Shown piece by piece: positions 60,434 through 64,000 of a DNA stretch of 64,000 bases. The notes beneath the pieces are model-generated. The model did not search any database and was not told the DNA's origin. It saw nothing but the letters and a program-made list of their open reading frames with translations. Made by a program: the position numbers and the translations under genes. Positions within the stretch are counted from its first letter, which is position 1. Every line of letters starts with the position of its first letter. The DNA comes from Candidatus Poribacteria bacterium (GTDB lineage: Bacteria; Poribacteria; WGA-4E; GCA-2687025), in assembly GCA_963665845.2 (NCBI GenBank), contig OY762492.1:928001-992000 (forward strand), given 5' to 3'.

Positions 60434-62028
60434 TGCGTCTCTTTCTGCTCAGGCTTTTTGTCAGCTCCGTCCGCCAAAACCGCCTCCAGCTGGGCGACCA
60501 GCTTAGGGCTGTTCGGCTCCGCGCTCGGCGTAAAGCGCGCGATCACTTCGCCGTCTCGGTTCACCAGGAACTTGTCGAAGTTCCATCGGACATCGCCGCG
60601 CAGCGTTTCATTCGCCACCTCCTGCGTCAGATACGCATACAGCGGATGGATCTGCTCGCCTTTGACGACGATCTTGGAGAAGAGCGGGAAGGTGACCCCG
60701 TAGTTCTTTTTACAGAACTGCTTGATCTCCACATCCGATCCCGGCTCCTGCTGTCCGAATTCGTTCGATGGGAAGCCCAAGACCGAAAAGCCTTGGTCTT
60801 TGTATTTGTTGTAAAGCGCCTCCAGCCCCTCGTATTGCGGGGTGAGACCGCAGTTGGACGCCGTATTGACGATGAGAAGCGCTTGGTTGCGGTACGTTTC
60901 GAGCGGCGCTTCCTCTCCGCTGATTGTCTTCATCGTGAAGCCGTACAGGGGCGCTTCCGTTTCGTAACCGAGCGCGTCCTCTAGCTGGGCGACCAGCTGT
61001 TCATCGTCCGGTTGAGAGCGCGGCGCAAAGCGGGCGATCACTTCGCCGTCTCGGTTCACCAGAAACTTGTCGAAGTTCCATCGGATGTCGCCGCGCAGCG
61101 CTTCATTCTCGATCTCCTGCGTCAGATACGCATACAGCGGATGGATCTGCTCGCCTCTGACAGCGATCTTGGAGAAGAGCGGGAAGGTGACCCCGTAGTT
61201 CTTTTTGCAGAACTCCTTGATCTCCACATCCGATCCCGGCTCCTGCTGCCCGAATTCGTTTGACGGGAAGCCCAAGACCGAAAAGCCGTGGTCTTTGTAT
61301 TTGTTGTAAAGAGCCTCCAGCCCTTCGTATTGCGGGGTGAGACCGCAGTTGGACGCGGTGTTCACGATCAGAAGCGTCTGATTGCGGTACGCTTTGAGCG
61401 GCTTTTCCGCGCCGTTGATCGTCTTCATCGTGAAGCCGTAGATGGGCGGCTCCGGTTCATAACCGAGCGCCTCCTCCAGCTGGGCGACCAGCTCGGGGCT
61501 GTCCGGCGCAACGCGCGGATCAAAGCGCCCGATCACGTCGCCCTCTCGGTTCACCAGAAACTTGTCGAAGTTCCATCGGATGTCGCCGCGCAGCTGTTCG
61601 TTTTCCACCTTTTGCGTCAGATACGCATAAAGCGGATGGATCTGCTCGCCTCTGACGGCGATCTTGGAGAAGAGCGGGAAGGTGACGCCGTAGTTCTTTT
61701 TGCAGAACTGCTTGATTTCGTCGTCGGATCCAGGCTCCTGCTGTCCGAATTCGTTCGACGGAAACGCCAGGACCGAGAACCCGTGATCTTTGTACTTGTG
61801 GTAGAGCGCCTCCAGCGCCTCGTATTGGTTCGTCAAGCCGCATTTGGACGCGGTGTTGACGATGAGAAGCGCCTGGTTGTGAAACGATTTCAGCGCGACC
61901 TCATTGCCGTCAATGCTTTTCATTTTGAACGAGTACAGCGGGGCCGATGTTGTCAGAGACGACGATAAGTCGCAACCGGCTATGAGCGCCGCCATGCAAG
62001 CTCCCAGTAGCGCAAGTCGAATCGCCAT
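60430..62028 (-). CDS. Lipoprotein with three tandem Cys-type glutathione peroxidase domains
   Basis: AGGAG RBS, lipobox IAGC; three copies of NTASxCGLT / FPSNEFGQQEPG / WNFDKFL with exact 495-bp period. Confidence 0.95.
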   Translation of the reverse strand: MAIRLALLGACMAALIAGCDLSSSLTTSAPLYSFKMKSIDGNEVALKSFHNQALLIVNTASKCGLTNQYEALEALYHKYKDHGFSVLAFPSNEFGQQEPGSDDEIKQFCKKNYGVTFPLFSKIAVRGEQIHPLYAYLTQKVENEQLRGDIRWNFDKFLVNREGDVIGRFDPRVAPDSPELVAQLEEALGYEPEPPIYGFTMKTINGAEKPLKAYRNQTLLIVNTASNCGLTPQYEGLEALYNKYKDHGFSVLGFPSNEFGQQEPGSDVEIKEFCKKNYGVTFPLFSKIAVRGEQIHPLYAYLTQEIENEALRGDIRWNFDKFLVNRDGEVIARFAPRSQPDDEQLVAQLEDALGYETEAPLYGFTMKTISGEEAPLETYRNQALLIVNTASNCGLTPQYEGLEALYNKYKDQGFSVLGFPSNEFGQQEPGSDVEIKQFCKKNYGVTFPLFSKIVVKGEQIHPLYAYLTQEVANETLRGDVRWNFDKFLVNRDGEVIARFTPSAEPNSPKLVAQLEAVLADGADKKPEQKETQ

Positions 62029-62150
62029 AACAAAACTCCTTGAGTTGCAAACCATGCCATGCACATGATGACTTTTATTTTTAGCGGGGTCAAGCGGATT
62101 CATTGATTTTTTCACTCCCGCGCGTTAAGATAAACGAAACGGAGGAGAAG

Positions 62151-62678
62151 ATGGCTGTCTTAAAAATCGCGCGCATGGGGCATCCCGCTTTGCGGCGGCA
62201 GGCGCTGCCCGTTCCAAGCCGAGAAATACGGTCGCCCCAAACGCGCCGACTCATTGACGACATGATCGACACGCTCGAAGAGTATAACGGCATCGGGCTT
62301 GCCGCGCCGCAGGTGCGCGAATCCAAACGGATCATTCTCGCCGTTCCTCCTCCGCCTGATGAACATACCGAGCCTGAACTGCTCATTTTGATCAACCCGA
62401 AGGTTGTCGAACGCTCCGAAGAGACGCTTGAAGACTGGGAGGGCTGCCTCTCCATCCCCGAAATACGCGGTCTCGTGGAGCGCCCCGTCCGCATTGTCGT
62501 CGAAGCGAAAGACCCGCTTGACCGCGACCGGCGCATCGAAGCCGAGGGTCTTGCCGCGCGCATCCTGCTCCATGAGATTGACCATCTGGACGGCGTCCTG
62601 TACCTAGACCGCATGAGCAGTATGCAGTCGCTCGCCTATATCGACGAAATGCGCCGGCGCGAGGCGGAAACGGATTAA
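62151..62678 (+). CDS. def: Peptide deformylase
   Basis: GIGLAAPQV, EGCLS, HEIDHLDG; GGAGG RBS. Confidence 0.97.
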   Translation: MAVLKIARMGHPALRRQALPVPSREIRSPQTRRLIDDMIDTLEEYNGIGLAAPQVRESKRIILAVPPPPDEHTEPELLILINPKVVERSEETLEDWEGCLSIPEIRGLVERPVRIVVEAKDPLDRDRRIEAEGLAARILLHEIDHLDGVLYLDRMSSMQSLAYIDEMRRREAETD

Positions 62679-64000
62679 CGAACGCGCGCGCCCGGCTCCC
62701 CTTCTTGAAACGACTGCTCCAACCACGGATCCTTCGTTTCGATTCTAAACTGCATCAGCTTTTTGCGCATCTCCTGAACCGTCCCCGCCAGTTTCGGTTC
62801 GTCAATCAGGTTGCGCGCCTCCGCCGGGTCGTTCTCCATGTCGTATAACGCCTCCGCCGGTTGATTCAAAAAATGGCGCCGCGGCCGTTCTCCTAAGTTT
62901 TCAATGTTTTCGTTCCGTACCGCCGTCCATGTGATGGAGCGGAACAGGTCGCTCGGCAGCGGCGTCGGCAAACCGCTCGCCAGGTTGCGCGTCAATTTGT
63001 AACGGCGTCCGCGCAGGACGCGGTACGGGTAATAATTCGTCACCTCGTGGAAGCAATGCGAAAAGTAGGTTTCTTCCCATTCGCCTCCGCCTGGACGTTC
63101 CGAGTCGTCTTCCAGTATCGGCAGGAGCGAGCGTCCTGGGAGAGGCGCCGCGCCGTCTGGATACTCCGCGCCGCACCAGTTCAGTATCGTCGGGCAGAAA
63201 TCGACCCAGTTCATGAGCGCCTTGTTGACGACGCCGCGCCGCGTCTGCTCTGGGCTGCTGACGATGAGCGGGCAGCGGTGTCCGCTGTCGAAGCTGGACG
63301 CCTTCGCGCCGGGAAACGGCATCGCATGGTCGGTCGTGACAACGATCAGCGTTTCGTCCGCGCGCCCCGACTCTTCCAGCGCCTCTAGAACGGCGCCGAC
63401 GACCTGATCGTAGCGCGAGACGCTTTCATAATACTCTGCCAGATCGCGCCGCGTCGCTTCGTTGTCCGGCAGGAAGTTTGGAACAGGGACATCGGCGGGG
63501 TCGTATGGAACGCGCTGAACGCCCGGCTGAACCTGCTCGTTGCCGTAGCCTTGCCCCGCCCGATGCGGATATGTGCATCCGACATGGCAGTAAAACGGGC
63601 GGTCGGGGTTCATCGCCAAAAAGGTGCGAACCTTCGCCGCCATGTCAAGCGGGCTGCGCGCGTTCACCGCCGGCTCATACGCAAACGGGTAGACGGACGG
63701 CGGATCGACATGCTTTTTGCCAACGCATGCGGTCGCAAAGCCTTGAGAGCGCAAGATTTTCGGGATCGACTGGGAGCCTGCATGCGTGCGGAAACCGTGT
63801 ATGCCGTGCGAATGCCCGTATTGCCCGTGCGTGTGGCTGTGCTGACCGGTGAGAATGCAGGCGCGGCTGACGGCGCAGGAGGGGCTTGTGCAAAAAGCGT
63901 AGTCGAACAGGACGCCCCGCTCCGTCAGCGCGTCGATGTTCGGCGTCTGAATGATCGGATCGCCGTAGGCGCGGCTGAGTCGGCTCCAGTCGTCCGCGAT
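62675..64000 (-). CDS. Sulfatase (sulfamidase-like), 5' end outside the window
   Basis: Frame stays open to the window edge: IADD...TPNIDAL...FCTSPSCAVSRACILTG, GKKHV, TDH, ALYD...DP.E.RNL. Confidence 0.92.
   Translation of the reverse strand: MADDWSRLSRAYGDPIIQTPNIDALTERGVLFDYAFCTSPSCAVSRACILTGQHSHTHGQYGHSHGIHGFRTHAGSQSIPKILRSQGFATACVGKKHVDPPSVYPFAYEPAVNARSPLDMAAKVRTFLAMNPDRPFYCHVGCTYPHRAGQGYGNEQVQPGVQRVPYDPADVPVPNFLPDNEATRRDLAEYYESVSRYDQVVGAVLEALEESGRADETLIVVTTDHAMPFPGAKASSFDSGHRCPLIVSSPEQTRRGVVNKALMNWVDFCPTILNWCGAEYPDGAAPLPGRSLLPILEDDSERPGGGEWEETYFSHCFHEVTNYYPYRVLRGRRYKLTRNLASGLPTPLPSDLFRSITWTAVRNENIENLGERPRRHFLNQPAEALYDMENDPAEARNLIDEPKLAGTVQEMRKKLMQFRIETKDPWLEQSFQEGEPGARVR

Noticed and set aside
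60430-62028. Selenocysteine in the GPx domains
   Set aside because: All three active-site codons are TGC (Cys)
62675-63754. Sulfatase apparently lacking its catalytic N-terminus
   Set aside because: The frame is open to position 64000 and contains the active-site motif; it is only cut by the window edge

Overview
GC-rich bacterial chromosomal window. It is probably Candidatus Poribacteria or a similar sponge-symbiont-type diderm; this is an inference from the LLQNYPNPFNPETWIPF C-terminal domains, a VxPxGKxxTxWxxLK tail, WD40/HEAT/TPR expansion, an orphan BMC vertex gene and a sulfatase. Housekeeping content includes the start of the dcw cluster (rsmH-ftsL-ftsI-murE-murF-mraY, no mraZ), tRNA-Ser(GGA), ilvC/ilvD, eda, iscS-thiI, uppS, fur and def. 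The main observations are: (1) a 2205-aa SprA-like (T9SS translocon-like) outer-membrane protein in the same window as six tandem, mosaic, secreted WD40 proteins with T9SS-CTD/FlgD-like tails, the first three each behind a sigma-54 promoter motif; (2) two ORFs at 16066-17379 that are really one frame split by a single in-frame UGA followed by a SECIS-like hairpin, i.e. a candidate exported selenoprotein; (3) a triple-domain glutathione peroxidase lipoprotein; (4) a MITE family with a 6-bp target duplication that carries dRS3-like palindromes and builds mosaic intergenic repeats, one of which supplies the stop codon of two genes; (5) a small accessory island with an MTase-HNH fusion and a duplicated glycosyltransferase 3' end. 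All calls are by-eye motif recognition; no searches were run.
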